From Bilabrum cf. latius (Eukaryota), in assembly GCA_965178125.1 (NCBI GenBank), contig OZ237750.1, positions 558,001 to 622,000 of the forward strand: 64,000 bases of DNA, read 5' to 3'. Shown here piece by piece: positions 26,483 to 37,928 of the stretch; position 1 is the stretch's first letter; the number at the start of each line of letters is the position of its first letter. The position numbers and the translations under genes are program-made. Under the pieces are notes generated by a model. That model was given only the letters and a program-made list of their open reading frames with translations. It searched no databases and was not told where the DNA came from.

Positions 26483-28180
26483 ATGGAGCCACGAAAATTG
26501 TTTACGGAGAGAAAGCCACGGCGCTCGACACATTTGTTCACACCCGGAACTGCGGTCCCTAGGTCCAGTCGCAAATCGACCAGCAAGCCAGACTCAAAGA
26601 AGTTTGCATTTCTCGCTGAGCAGCTGGGTGAATACAGAAGTAAGAAGGTTCATTGCCTACGTTGATGGTTTAAGATATAGTGGACTCGATAAATCACGTA
26701 AATGCCGGATCTCCGACATGCTCTGTCCGTATCGCCTTGCATACATGCAGGTACAATCCGCTAGTTGCGACGTGAGCTAGATCAGGCAAAACTTTGCAAG
26801 GTGACTAGCGGACAAAATGATACCCCGTCATATCCTGATGAGATCGATGAGCTCAAGAAGGAGCTCTAGAGGGAGCGGCAGGCACGACTGGAGGCGGAGA
26901 AACAGGTCGCGCGGCAGCTAGGGTAGCAAGTAGCGGAGTATGCCGCCCGCGAGGCGTTGTATCAGAATAGATAGGCTCAAAGACTGGACAGTTTGTACGA
27001 GAAGAAGGTCTGCGTAACCTCCCGAGAATACTACGAAATGGTGGAGAAAGCGCTGCACCGAAAAGCTGCAATACGCGCGGCGGAGCGAGCAAGGAAGCAA
27101 GAGGTAGCCAAACAGCAACGCAGGCTGAGTGCAGATATGATACAAGGGCTCAACACACCGGATGGAGCCGCTGGAGCCGGGTAGAACGAGTTCAGCACGC
27201 CTTGGCACGGCGACAAGGCCGCGCATCGGGGAGACGTAGCAGCGGCAGGTTGCACGCCGCCAGGGCATCCCGCCCTCAAGGCCACTCCCGATGGCAGTTT
27301 CTCTCAAAGGTCTCAGGCAAAGGGACATCAACTCCGCGTTGAGCCCGAGCCCATGCTATTGTCCAGCCTCGTCGACGTGCGGCCCGCGAGGCACCGCGAC
27401 GGCTCTGGTGGCGCGCATCCGGGGGCTCAGTCGTCCACGCCGATGGCGAGCGGTCCTCCGGCCAAAGCACCCGTTACCCCCGGCGTGTTCTTCCGCGCGC
27501 TCGCCAGGGAGGGCACAGCCGGTGGGGTGGACAGAGCCGCGGTGGCCAAAGCGGTCGCACGGGGGGACAGGGGCGCGGTGGAGGCCATGGCGCTGGAGTC
27601 GATCCCAGGGAACAAAGAGGGGCCTGCGACTGCAGGACGTTCGGTCCAAGAAGCGGCTGCCCGCGAGAAGGGAGCTGCGTACTCGAGGCTGTCAAAGCGG
27701 GTGGCCGACGCGTGCCGTGCACTGGACTACAAGGGCCTAAACGCTGCCTTTGAGGAGGCGGAGCGGGTGTTCGGGCCCGCCAGCGGGGATGGACACGCGT
27801 GGCTGTGCAGGCTGGCGGACGGTGATCTCGTGCTCCGGACCGGGCCCGGTGCGGGGGCGAGCACGGGTAGCGGCGGGAGGAGGAGGGCGGTGCCTGTGCT
27901 GGTGTTTGTTGCAGGGGCCAGTGGAGGAGGGGTTGGTGCGCAGCTGTCCAAGCGGTGCTGCCGGGCGCTTCTTCGCAATCACGCGAACATCAATGCGATG
28001 GATGCACAGGGCCGGACGGCCGTGGATGCCGCCAGGGAGGCAGGGAACACGGGCCTCGTGGCTTACCTCGGCAGCAAAGGTGGCATGGGTGGAGAACAAG
28101 CCAGGGCAGCCACATCCGATGACGTTGCCGCCGCACCGGCAGATAGAGCGTAGACAATGGACTTGGCCACGGACTCGGAG

Positions 28181-28211
<31 letters not shown>

Positions 28212-28975
28212 GGGCGCGGCCCCGCACAACGGATGTAGTCCGCTTAGAGGCGACTGGGCCTGCAAGCAACCGCAGAGGAACCGCACGTATGGACAGTCCG
28301 GTCGCCAAAGCCCCACCCATCGGCCTGATGCCTCCCGCTGTCTCAAGCTATGGGCACGGCTCCGGTAGCAGCCGCCCGGCCCGCGCCCCACGAGGTCGAG
28401 CTTCACCCGCCAGCCCGGGGGCGCTGTTGCTGGCAGGGGAGGGTGCCTCGTAGGCGGGTGCCGGCGCAGTTGTGACTGTCACGCCCTCGTTCAAGACAAA
28501 GAGGGTGGCGTTCGATCTAGCACCGGTACAGGACCCCGCCAAGGGTGTTGCGTCGCCATTCAAACGCGCGACATTGGATAGCAGACTTAGCAGGAGCGTC
28601 CCGAGGAACTCCCGCTCAGGGGCCGGCAGCCCGCTCGTGAGCAGGAGCGGGAACCTCTCTGCTCCCGGCAGCGAGGCAGGCAAGGGCAAGCTGGCCCGGG
28701 CTGTGGGCTCGCTGATGGGCCGCGGGGATGCAGGCTAGGGCTCGCCTGCATCTGGTCGCGGTGCTGGGTCCGGGTTCGGGGGTGCGGTCGGCTCGCCCAT
28801 CGCTGGGGCAGTGGCACAGGCAGGGGCTGGGGCAAGGTCCTCCGGTAAGAGGTTTGGGAGGAAGCGCGTGCCAGGGGTACGCAGCCCGCTGGCCAGGGGC
28901 CAGTCTCGCAGGGTGGCTGGGTTGCGTGGGGGTCGTGGAATGGGAGGGGGCTCGAGTCCAACCATCAGGTTGTGA
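26483..28975 (+). CDS. Coiled-coil plus ankyrin-repeat protein with low-complexity tail
   Basis: One intron ending at 26750 (donor near 26628 or 26641). All fragments share one frame through 8 TAGs. Coiled coil EIDELKKEL*RERQARLEAEKQ; ankyrin LLRNHANINAMDAQGRTAVDAA; (CAG)7 polyQ near 28190; ends TGA. Confidence 0.65.
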
Positions 28976-29115
28976 GTGGTGGAAGTTGCTCCACTGGTAA
29001 CCACAGTATCAAATAGCAAGTGGGTACGCTTCCACTCGTAGCACATGCAGCATGCAGGAAACCCAAAGAGCAAACCGCGGTTTTAAAGCCCCCGCAGTGT
29101 TCCCCCACCCTGTCA

Positions 29116-30858
29116 TCAATGGCCTCCTGCGGGGCCATCTTCCATGGGAGACGAGCCACCGATCTTCCCTGTGCCCTTACTCGCTGTGCCTATATCCGCA
29201 CCTATGCTCAGCTGAGAGCCGCCGGCCACATCTCCGGGAAAGCCCCCACTGCTGGCAGCTGCTGCCGCGTCCTGTCGCCCCACCAGCCTCTCCCAAGCAT
29301 CTCCGTCCAATTCCTCCGCATCCTCCTCCTCGGCCTCATCGGACGGCGAGCCAGACGCCGCCGCCGCACCGCCACCAAGCTCCTCCTCCTCGTCATCGTC
29401 CTCCTCCTCCACACCCACAGCAGACAGAGCGGAGGCACGCAGCCTGGCCAAAGCCGGCGAGGCCCTCCCCCTCGCCTCCCAGCTCTGCTAGCTGGTGCTG
29501 GAATCAGGTCTCCTAATGCCCTTGGGGCCACTGCCCCTGAGCTCGACCACTCGCCTGCCCGGGGAGGGAAGCGATGGCATGCCGGTGCCTGCATGGGCAT
29601 GGGCCTGGGTCTGTGCGTGGGACGGTAAAGAAGAAGATGAAGATGAGCCATGCTCTGCGCTCGGCACGGTGGCTGCAGCAGGCCCCGCGCTGCTGCTCGC
29701 CCCTGAAGCACCTGCCCCTTTGCGAGCATCCCCCCCCCCTACACCCCCGGTACCGGCGGGGACAGTCGGTGGTATGGCGCCCCCCGCGGCCACGAGTCCC
29801 CGGCCAGCCGCGGTAGGGGCGGTTGACCCTTCGTCGGGCAGAAATACATCAGGGCGGTCGTGGACACTAGACTCGCTCAGTGCGAACAGGACGGCCCGCT
29901 TGGCGGGAAACGACACGAACACGTGTGTCTCGCTCCAAGCCGTGCTGCCGGGACGCTGCACCGGGTCATCGCTGTCACTGGCATAATTAACCTTGTAGCA
30001 CTGCACTGCGGGGTGCTTCACTCGGTTGCCGATGCTGAGCACCGAATATATGCTTGACCATGCTTTGCGGAGCAAAGGCAGGTGCTGGCGACCGACTGTG
30101 CTTCGGTGAAATGCTCGCTCCAAGGTGCCATACACTGCCTCAGGTGATCTCTTTTCAAAGGCAGAGACCGGCATTCCACTGCGGGGCAGAGTATAGGGTT
30201 GGTTTCAGGGCTCGTTGCGCAGACGCTCGCAGCGGTGCATTCGACCAAGCACCGCGTCTACCAGCGAATCTTCGAAGTGATGCGTTCACCATCAGGTTCA
30301 CAGCTCACCTAAAGTCGTAAAAGGTGTCAAATGATCTATTCAGAGTGCCTATCAAGATTGCATGCAATTTGGCCTGCACTGCCAGCGAGGCTTGGGCTCG
30401 TCGAAGTTGCTTCGTCGACTTGCCCCCCTTTCCATGCCCGTGCTGCTGGAGCAGCCTAGAGTGCCTCGCACCAATCGCACGCTTCAGATTTCTAGCAGCC
30501 TTATCTGGCTTCACTGCGGTTTCGAACCCGGTGCAAACAACAGCACCAAAGAAACTTGATGGGTGCAGTTAGACGAAAGAAATTGATGCAGTGACTCGGA
30601 TGGTTGCGGCATGCCCATGCCTCAGTACAGCCGGGCGGCTTGATTATTTGATTTGACAACATGAATCGAGACTTATCCACGGCAGTGGCTTGGATTTACA
30701 CCTAGGATCTGCGGCAAGCTCGATTCGTGCAACTGCAACCGCCGCTCACTGGTAAACGCAAATATGATGCCATCAATCGCACTATCGCAACCCGATACCG
30801 TGAGAGCATTGAGCTCTACGCATAAATCAGCAAATGCTGCGACGTCAATGAATTTCAT
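29116..30858 (-). CDS. MAF1: Divergent MAF1 (RNA polymerase III repressor)
   Basis: Exons 30858-30750, 30513-30309 and 30178-29116. MKFID (box A), LIGTLNRSF.TFYDFS (box B), SDDPV...AWSETHVFVSFPAKRAVLF (box C) and an acidic tail reached through TAG at 29488; ends TGA. Confidence 0.7.
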
Positions 30859-30972
30859 GATGTATTGGCGTGGTCATTCCAGCCGCTTTCCGCTTTCCAC
30901 CGCGGAATCGAACCACAACGAACGTTCGATCACGTTCAAACGGCTCCTGAAGATATGCTCCTCATAACAAAG

Positions 30973-32300
30973 ATGCACGATGTGCAAGGGCCATCTGGCC
31001 CTGCAGTGGTCAGTGAGAATATTGGCAGATGCTATCAGTTGGAGCGTAGAGAGATAATCGCCCTTGGACATGGTTTATTGCTCGCCGTAGGTTCTTGCTG
31101 CACCCCGCAGCTCGCAAGCGCGTGTCTAGCATGGCACTAGCAAAGTTTCTGTATTATCATCAGTGGTTTTCCCTGATATTTGCGTTCGTATTCATCCGTA
31201 TTGCGTACTTTAAGGTGAGAGAAGCATGCATACGACGCCATTGTCTGCATGGTTGTCAAATATTGTACACATCCCTACTCCAGATCGGTGCTTTCTCGCA
31301 GTTCTCGGAAGTATCAAATATTCGCAACGCGGTTCGAATCGTTTATCCGATCGTTGTTGCGTTGTGGGTACTTTTGGAGCCGCTTCGGCTGAATCTCGGC
31401 AATCTCGGCAACCTGCAAGAGAGGGTACCGGAGCTGGCAGCTTTCATTTTGCTTTCTTTTGTTCCTCAAACTGCCTTTGCCATCGTGCTGGCTATCCTGG
31501 GGCGTTCTCATAAGCTTCCGATCGAGACGGTCTTGGGTTGGACGCAGGCCGTAGTGACCATCATCGAGCTCGTCCTCGGGTACTGGCAGCTGCGCGCCTG
31601 CATGGCCCAGCAAATGGCCGAGCAGTATCGCCAAACCAACGAGACCAATCCGAGCAACTCGGCAAACGATGCCATCGAGCAGCAGACGATGGCGCTGCGG
31701 CGGGAGCGGCAAGAGGCTGGCATCAGGGAGACGGAGATGGTGAGGGGGTCGGGCATGGAGGGCTTTGGGCACAGTGATGCTTCTTCAAGCTGGAATGCGG
31801 CGGGGTAGGGACTAGGAGCCGGAGAGGGCGCGCGGCGCAGGCGGCAGGGGCAGGGAGCGGGGGCAACTGCCAGTGGTGGGGCGAGCACACGGGCAGGGGC
31901 AGGGGCTAGCAGGGGTGGGGCCGGGTTTGGCGGGCTTGCAGATACCCAGGCGGGGGACGATTCGTGGAGGCTGGAAAGCACAGGGGGGTTGGATGGCGGG
32001 GCTAGCGCCAGGGATGGTGGGGCGGGCCGAGGGCCGGGGTTGGGTGAAAGTAACGTGCCATTTTCTCCTCCTCGTGGTGGCGCAGGCGCAGCCGACGAGC
32101 GTAGTCCGTTCCGAGGCGGCAGCGGAGCCGGGGCAGGCAGGCGCCGAGCAGGATAGAGGGAGCCAACAGTTGGCGATGTGGCCCACGCTGGGGCACGGGG
32201 TTTAGCTTCGCCGTTGTACGGCCCAGTGTCCGGGGAGGGCAGAGCAACTGGAGCGGCACGAGATAGCACTGGAAAGTACGAAGACTGGGGCCCGACATGA
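30973..32300 (+). CDS. Ciliary transition-zone membrane protein, TMEM17/TMEM216 family
   Basis: Likely exons 30973-31012, 31111-31214 and 31284-32300. SSMALAKFLYYH and LEPLRLNLGNLGNLQERVPELAAF; four hydrophobic segments. Gly-rich tail through TAG at 31806 and ~32153; ends TGA. The 5' exon is inferred. Confidence 0.8.
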
Positions 32301-32545
32301 CATGAACAACGACGAAATTGTTGAAAGAGCAAGTATCGTCGGCTATGATTGGAATGGAGGCCCGCTCATGACACAATTTTCTGGCCTTCGCGACCACCAC
32401 CTCAAGATTCGCAGGCATCCAGGATTTGCGACCAACCCGCAATCGTCAGCACACACGAACAGACAAATGTCATTTTCGGTGCCGTACATCGAATTGAACC
32501 GTCACAATCCCAACGAATCTACGATTTGGCGATCTTGGAGTCAGT

Positions 32546-35500
32546 ATGAAAGTATCAGACTCGCGATATGGTGCGGGTTAGTCCGTCAGAGCCCGGGCTC
32601 GCCACGAGACTCTTGGGCCTAGCAGCGGAATATCCAATGCGTAGGGTTCGCGCCAAATTCCGAGACTCCCATTGGATCTCGTTAGTTCATCTGGTCATCC
32701 AAAAGCTGATTCAGGTCGATTAGGTGGAAGCGCCAGGGCAGACAGCCACAGGAGAGGCGTGGGCGGCCACGGAGCGAGCCGTCACGAGCCCGGGGCGAAG
32801 CAGACCGTTGCATCAGCTAGGGCATCTGGTCGAGGCGATGCTGCAAGAACGATACGAATGAAGCTTCCATTGCATTCTCTCGCTGGGGGTGGCGAAGTTG
32901 CGCCACGTCGTGCGGAGCACCGGCTTTACGGTTCGTACCAAATGGGCGGTGCAGCTGATACACGACATCACGACAGGCCACATGGAGCGTTGAATGCGCT
33001 GCCCCACTCGAGAGACCGCGGTGCATTAGACTCGAAGGATACGAGCTCCACCGCTCAATTTTCTGACGCGCGCAGCCGCCGCTCTCCATCTGACTAGTCG
33101 CCGAGGGCAAGGGACCGTTTGGGGCTCAGCCCGCGTGTACCGCTCGGTGGAGTGAAGGCAGGAACTCAAGGCCATTAGGTTCATTCAACGCGAATTGGGT
33201 TGCCGATAAACACCGCCAGATAGGCTCCCTCCACGCGGCAACCGCTGACCGGACTGCGCGGGCCCCGCAGCAGCAGTGGTCGCAAGCACGGCAGCAGGAA
33301 AGCAGCAGCGGGCCAGTCGGGGGAGAAAGGTAGCGGGACCTTTGCAGCTGCTGGGCTAGGCCAGTTCCGGGCATCAAAGGCGGATCCGGGCGGAGGTATG
33401 CCTCGAGCAGCGAACGAGCAGGCGAGCACCGGAGCAGGTGCTCCGGACGAGCACCGCAGCGTGGAGCGCCTCCGCCACGGCCTCGCGGGAATGCCATCCA
33501 CGGCATCGCAGGTGCCTGAATTACCGTCAAAACCGGCGCTTGGCGGTATCGGGAAGGGCGGCGCAGCGTCGGGACAGCCAGTAGGAGGGGCGGGCTCATC
33601 ATCGACTGCTTCGGCTGCTGGTGGTGGCAAGCAGCAGCCGTCGCCGTCGGGGCCCAAGAGCGGGTCGGGGCGGGGCAGCACCGTGGAGCCGAGCCCGAAG
33701 ATGACGCCGGCCATGGTTTTGCGCGGCATGAGCAGCCGACTGTCCGAGTTTGAGCAGAGTGAGATACTGGACTACAAGAGCATCTACTTTGTGGGCAGGG
33801 ACAAAGAGAGGAAGGTGAAAGGGAGCAATCGACGGGGGAACAACGCGGGGTACGACGACGACCGCGCCAACTACAGGACGGTCAAGGGGGACCACATCGG
33901 CTACAGGTTTGAGATCCTGGGGGAGCTAGGCAGCGGGTCCTTCGGCATCGTGATGCAGGCTCTGGACCACAAGACCGGGAGGACAGTCGCCCTCAAGATC
34001 ATTCGGAACAAGAGGAGGTTCCACAGGCAAGCCAAGATCGAGGTAGATCTGCTGAAGCGACTGCGGGATGCAGACGCGAACGACGACGCAGGGATCATAC
34101 ACCTGCACGAGTGGTTTGTGTTCCGTAACCACCTGTGCATCACCTTTCCCATGCTGGGAGGGGACCTGTACGGCTACCTCAAGAAGAGGCGCTTCCGAGG
34201 GCTTCCCATCGCGTCCATTCGTCGCATCGCGGGGCAGGTGTTCAGGTGCCTTGATTTCCTCCACGGGCGGCGGATCGTCCATTGCGACATCAAGCCCGAG
34301 AACCTGCTGCTCTGCGTTCCCAGCCAGGAAGGAGGGGACCAGTACCGTCCTTGCGGCCCCACCAGGGACAGCACGGTGAGCGGTACTGTGCACCGAGGGA
34401 TGAGCCAGGCGCAGGCAGTGGGTCGGGGGCTGGACCACCTCGCCCCCGGCGAGGGCTTCGACGTGCGCATGATCGACTTCGGGTCGTCGTGCTTTGAGGA
34501 CAAGCGCGCCTACACGTACATCCAGTCCAGGTTCTACCGCAGCCCGGAGGTTATCATGCACCTCAAGTACGGCCGCCCCGTGGACGTGTGGTCCACCGGT
34601 GCCATGCTCTCTGAGCTGTTCACTGGCGAGCCTATCTTTCAGGGGGAGGACGAGAAGGACCAGCTGGCTTGCATCATGGAGCTGTGCGGACCACCCTCCG
34701 GGAGCATGATCGAGGAGTCCCCGAGGAAGAAGACCTTCTTTTAGGAGGATGGGACGCCCATCGTGAGACTCAGCTCCAAGGGCAGGGCCAGGGTGCCTTC
34801 GAGCAGGACTATCAACAAGGCCATGCGGAATCCGCCGGACCCAGCCTTCATCGACTTCGTGCACAGGTGCCTGGCCATCGACCCAAAGAAACGGCTGACC
34901 CCAGCGGAAGCCCTTAGGCACCCCTTCCTGACGGCAGACTGGGCTGCCACGAGAGTCCGATCGATCGATGTGGTGCTAAGGTATGACAAGGGTGCGCCAC
35001 AAAGACCGGCAGCTGGCCCCCAGCAAGGAATCAAGGGTGTGCTTGAAGGAGAAGGCGGGTCAGTGGCAGGCAAGCACACAAGCTCCAGCCATTCGAGCGC
35101 CCACGCAGCTGCTCATGCGAACAGTAAAGGCACTAGCACAGCCAGGAAAAAGCAGCCGGCAGGTGGGGCGTCCTCCATCCCCTTCCAGTCGCCTGCTGCC
35201 TCGATCCGATCTCAGGCCAGGCAGGAACAGGGGGCGGCGCAAGCTGGCTCCACGGCTCAATTGATGCAGTCTCCTGCCATGGCCGCTGCCTAGATGGGCA
35301 GGCAGAGGCACCAGATGGCTGAAGCAGGGGCGCGTGCGCAAGGCGGTGCGGGGGTTGGATACACGCACGGGCACTTGGCCCCTCTAGGCTCCGGTGCCGA
35401 TGGCCAGCACGGGCAAGGGCACGTGCACTCTGGCAGCCGAGCAAGCAATGCTTCCGCCGTTAAGCACGATGCCCTTAGGATCAAGCAAGGCGCCCCGGTT

Positions 35501-36757
35501 CCGCCTGACTCCTTCAGCGTCACGCCGAGCAGGCCGTTCGGGAGGCGGCGGCCGGCGGGAGGCCACGCGCAGAGCAGCCTCGTGGCAGTCCCAGACAAGG
35601 CACCCCTCGACAGCGAGGACCACCACCACGGTGCTCACACTACCAGGCATGTGACAGGCCGATCTGACCCTAACGTCACTTCCTCCACAATCGCGGCGCA
35701 GCGAAAGAGGCGCGGCGAGAGGCTGGGTGACCCGGCCGAGCCCAGCTCGTAGTCGGTTGCCGCACCCAGGGACGGGCGTGGCCGGGACGGGCGCAGCGTG
35801 ATCACGATGCCCAACGGGCTGCGTCGCGACTCGAGCGTGTCAGGTGTGACGCGGGGCTCCGTGGTCACGCCCGCCAACGATGACAACCTGAAGCGCGCGC
35901 TGATGCGCCGCGTGCCCACCAAAGACACGATGGTGTCGGACATGTCCGATGACCTCGCCGGGATGGAACCGACGGGTTCCGATCACCAGACGGTAGGCGG
36001 GTCCACCAACGACAGGGGCAATGGTGCAGACAGCCGGGCGGATCGCGCGCTGACGAGCGCCACGGGACTCACACAGCTGCAGGCGCTGGACGAAGGGGCT
36101 GGGGCTTCAAGAAACAAAGGAGCCATCGGGGGCTTTCCGGGTAGGAACGGCAGGCACGGGTCGCAGATAGGGCGTGGGCAACAGAGGCTCGAACAGGGGC
36201 TCAGCCAGGATCAAGGGCAAGGGCAAGGGCAAGGGCAAGGGCAAGGGCAAGGGCAAGGGCAAGGGATGCCAGCGGAGCGACTTGGAGTGGGCACGAGGAG
36301 AAGGGCAGGGAGTGGAGATGCGGCGGCCGCGACGAGTGCCAGCACTATCACTTCCCCCGACACTGGTACAACGATCAAGTCACCCAAGCCTCCAACCAAG
36401 CAGCCATCGGCTGGTTCCTCGCAGCGGCAGGGCAAGCAGAACCCTCGACACCGCAGGATGCGCACAGGCAGCTCATCGCCCTCGAAGGCGTCGCAGAGCC
36501 GCAGCACGATCGAGAGCGGTGGTGCTTCGGTGGCCTCGAGCATGCAGGTGGGTGCGGCTGCTGGTGGGAGTGCCCGTGCTGGCGTGACTACGACAGGGCC
36601 AGGCGGGTCATCATCGTTGAAACGAAGGGACACGAGCCCCGCCATTGCTGCAACGACACGTGGTGCCCTGGTGGGCTAGCTGGGGGCAATGCACGCGGGC
36701 TAGGCGTCCCAGAGCGGGCGGACGATTCCTGTGAGAGTGACAAGAGACGACCATTGA
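32546..36757 (+). CDS. Class 2 DYRK kinase (DYRK2/3/4-like), ~1,400 aa, intronless
   Basis: NAPA/DH box (LSEFEQSEILDY, GYDDDRANY), HCDIKPEN, IDFGSSC and YTYIQSRFYRSPE. Subdomain XI (CLAIDPKKRLTPAEALRHPF) lies past TAG 34742. Ten in-frame TAGs; ends TGA. Confidence 0.88.
36212..36265 (+). repeat. (CAAGGG)n microsatellite encoding (QG)n in the DYRK tail
   Basis: About nine tandem CAAGGG units read directly. Confidence 0.9.
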
Positions 36758-37928
36758 CAACCTCAGAGAGTCGAATCATTTATCAAGTAGCAGTTTTTCA
36801 ACCGATTGTCTAGCCACTATGGTCTTACTTGCAAAGAAGCCGCATCCAAGTTGATAGGTGAGACATGCACATTGTTATACAGACCACGTGATGCAACCAG
36901 TGGTCTCCACTGTGTTAGCCGTTTCGTTGGCAGCGCTACTGGAGTAGTACGCAACGTGAGCACCCACGACCTCCGGAGTCCTGGTGGTCCGTGTGCCATC
37001 CTCGCGGTCTACGTAGCCCTACCATTACGACCGCTCGTTGCTTTGAGATCGTGGCCCCGAGTTCGCTCGATATCGTACGGTACGCCTCGCGGGCGGGCAC
37101 CTTCAGAGCCTGTTGTAGTGCGTGGGCATCGCATCGGATGCGATCTCTGGTGAGGCGTGTCACAGAGACCGCGTCACTTCCTGCAGCTGCAAACACTCGT
37201 TGGAGGACCGTCTGGTTCACGAAGTTGCTGGGGTGAGAGAGAATGAATATATTTGAGTCAAAGCACACACTACTCAACTACAACGACCGCCCCGAGGGAT
37301 AGTAACGCTGGATAGGTCTAAAGGGTCAACAGGCTCACGCCGCAGAGCATGCAAGCTGGGTTACGACTTCGTGTAGGAGCGGCACTGCTTGTAGCATGCT
37401 GACGTGCGTCCTGTCTAAACGTACGATTGCATTCGGATCAACCGCACACACCAACTTGGTACCTGCCGTTTCTACTGCAGCTGCAGCAGGCACTGTGGGC
37501 ACAGCTGGCGTTCCAGCTGCATGCAAATCCAACGCACCGCCAGCTCCACCAGCCTGCCACAGTGCCAACGCTAGCTGCGCAGCTGCCGCTGCCAGCTCTT
37601 CCACCTGACCGTTTGCTCCTGCTACGCCCGTTTCCTGTGCGCTTGATGCTCCCATCTGCTTCTGCAGCCCACACACGATGAGGTTGAAGTTGTGTGTGAA
37701 AGCTGCCTTCTGCGTGGCAGGCAACATGGCGCTCTCCGAAGCCCAGGACTGAGTCTAGGCTTTCATCGGTTCATAGCCTCCTGGATCTCCTGGAGGCCTG
37801 CCCTAGGCAGCGAGATAGAGAGCTCAGGACAGAATGTGACGATACAGTGACGACATTTCACCCAACGGCAGCAGTTCGATTGGCACCCGTAGATTCCAAG
37901 CAGCACGCCGCGTTTGCTGACTCAAACT

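Noticed and set aside
30505-30540. GGTTCGAAACC T-loop-like string (possible suppressor tRNA); similar strings at 23256 and 31331
   Set aside because: No proper T-stem or cloverleaf, and the sites lie in an intron end, a UTR and a CDS. I found no tRNA gene in the window.
31215-31283. Stop-free 69-nt in-frame segment translated in the ORF track as part of TMEM17/216
   Set aside because: It has canonical gtgag...ctccag ends and an atypical peptide, so it is most likely an ordinary intron.
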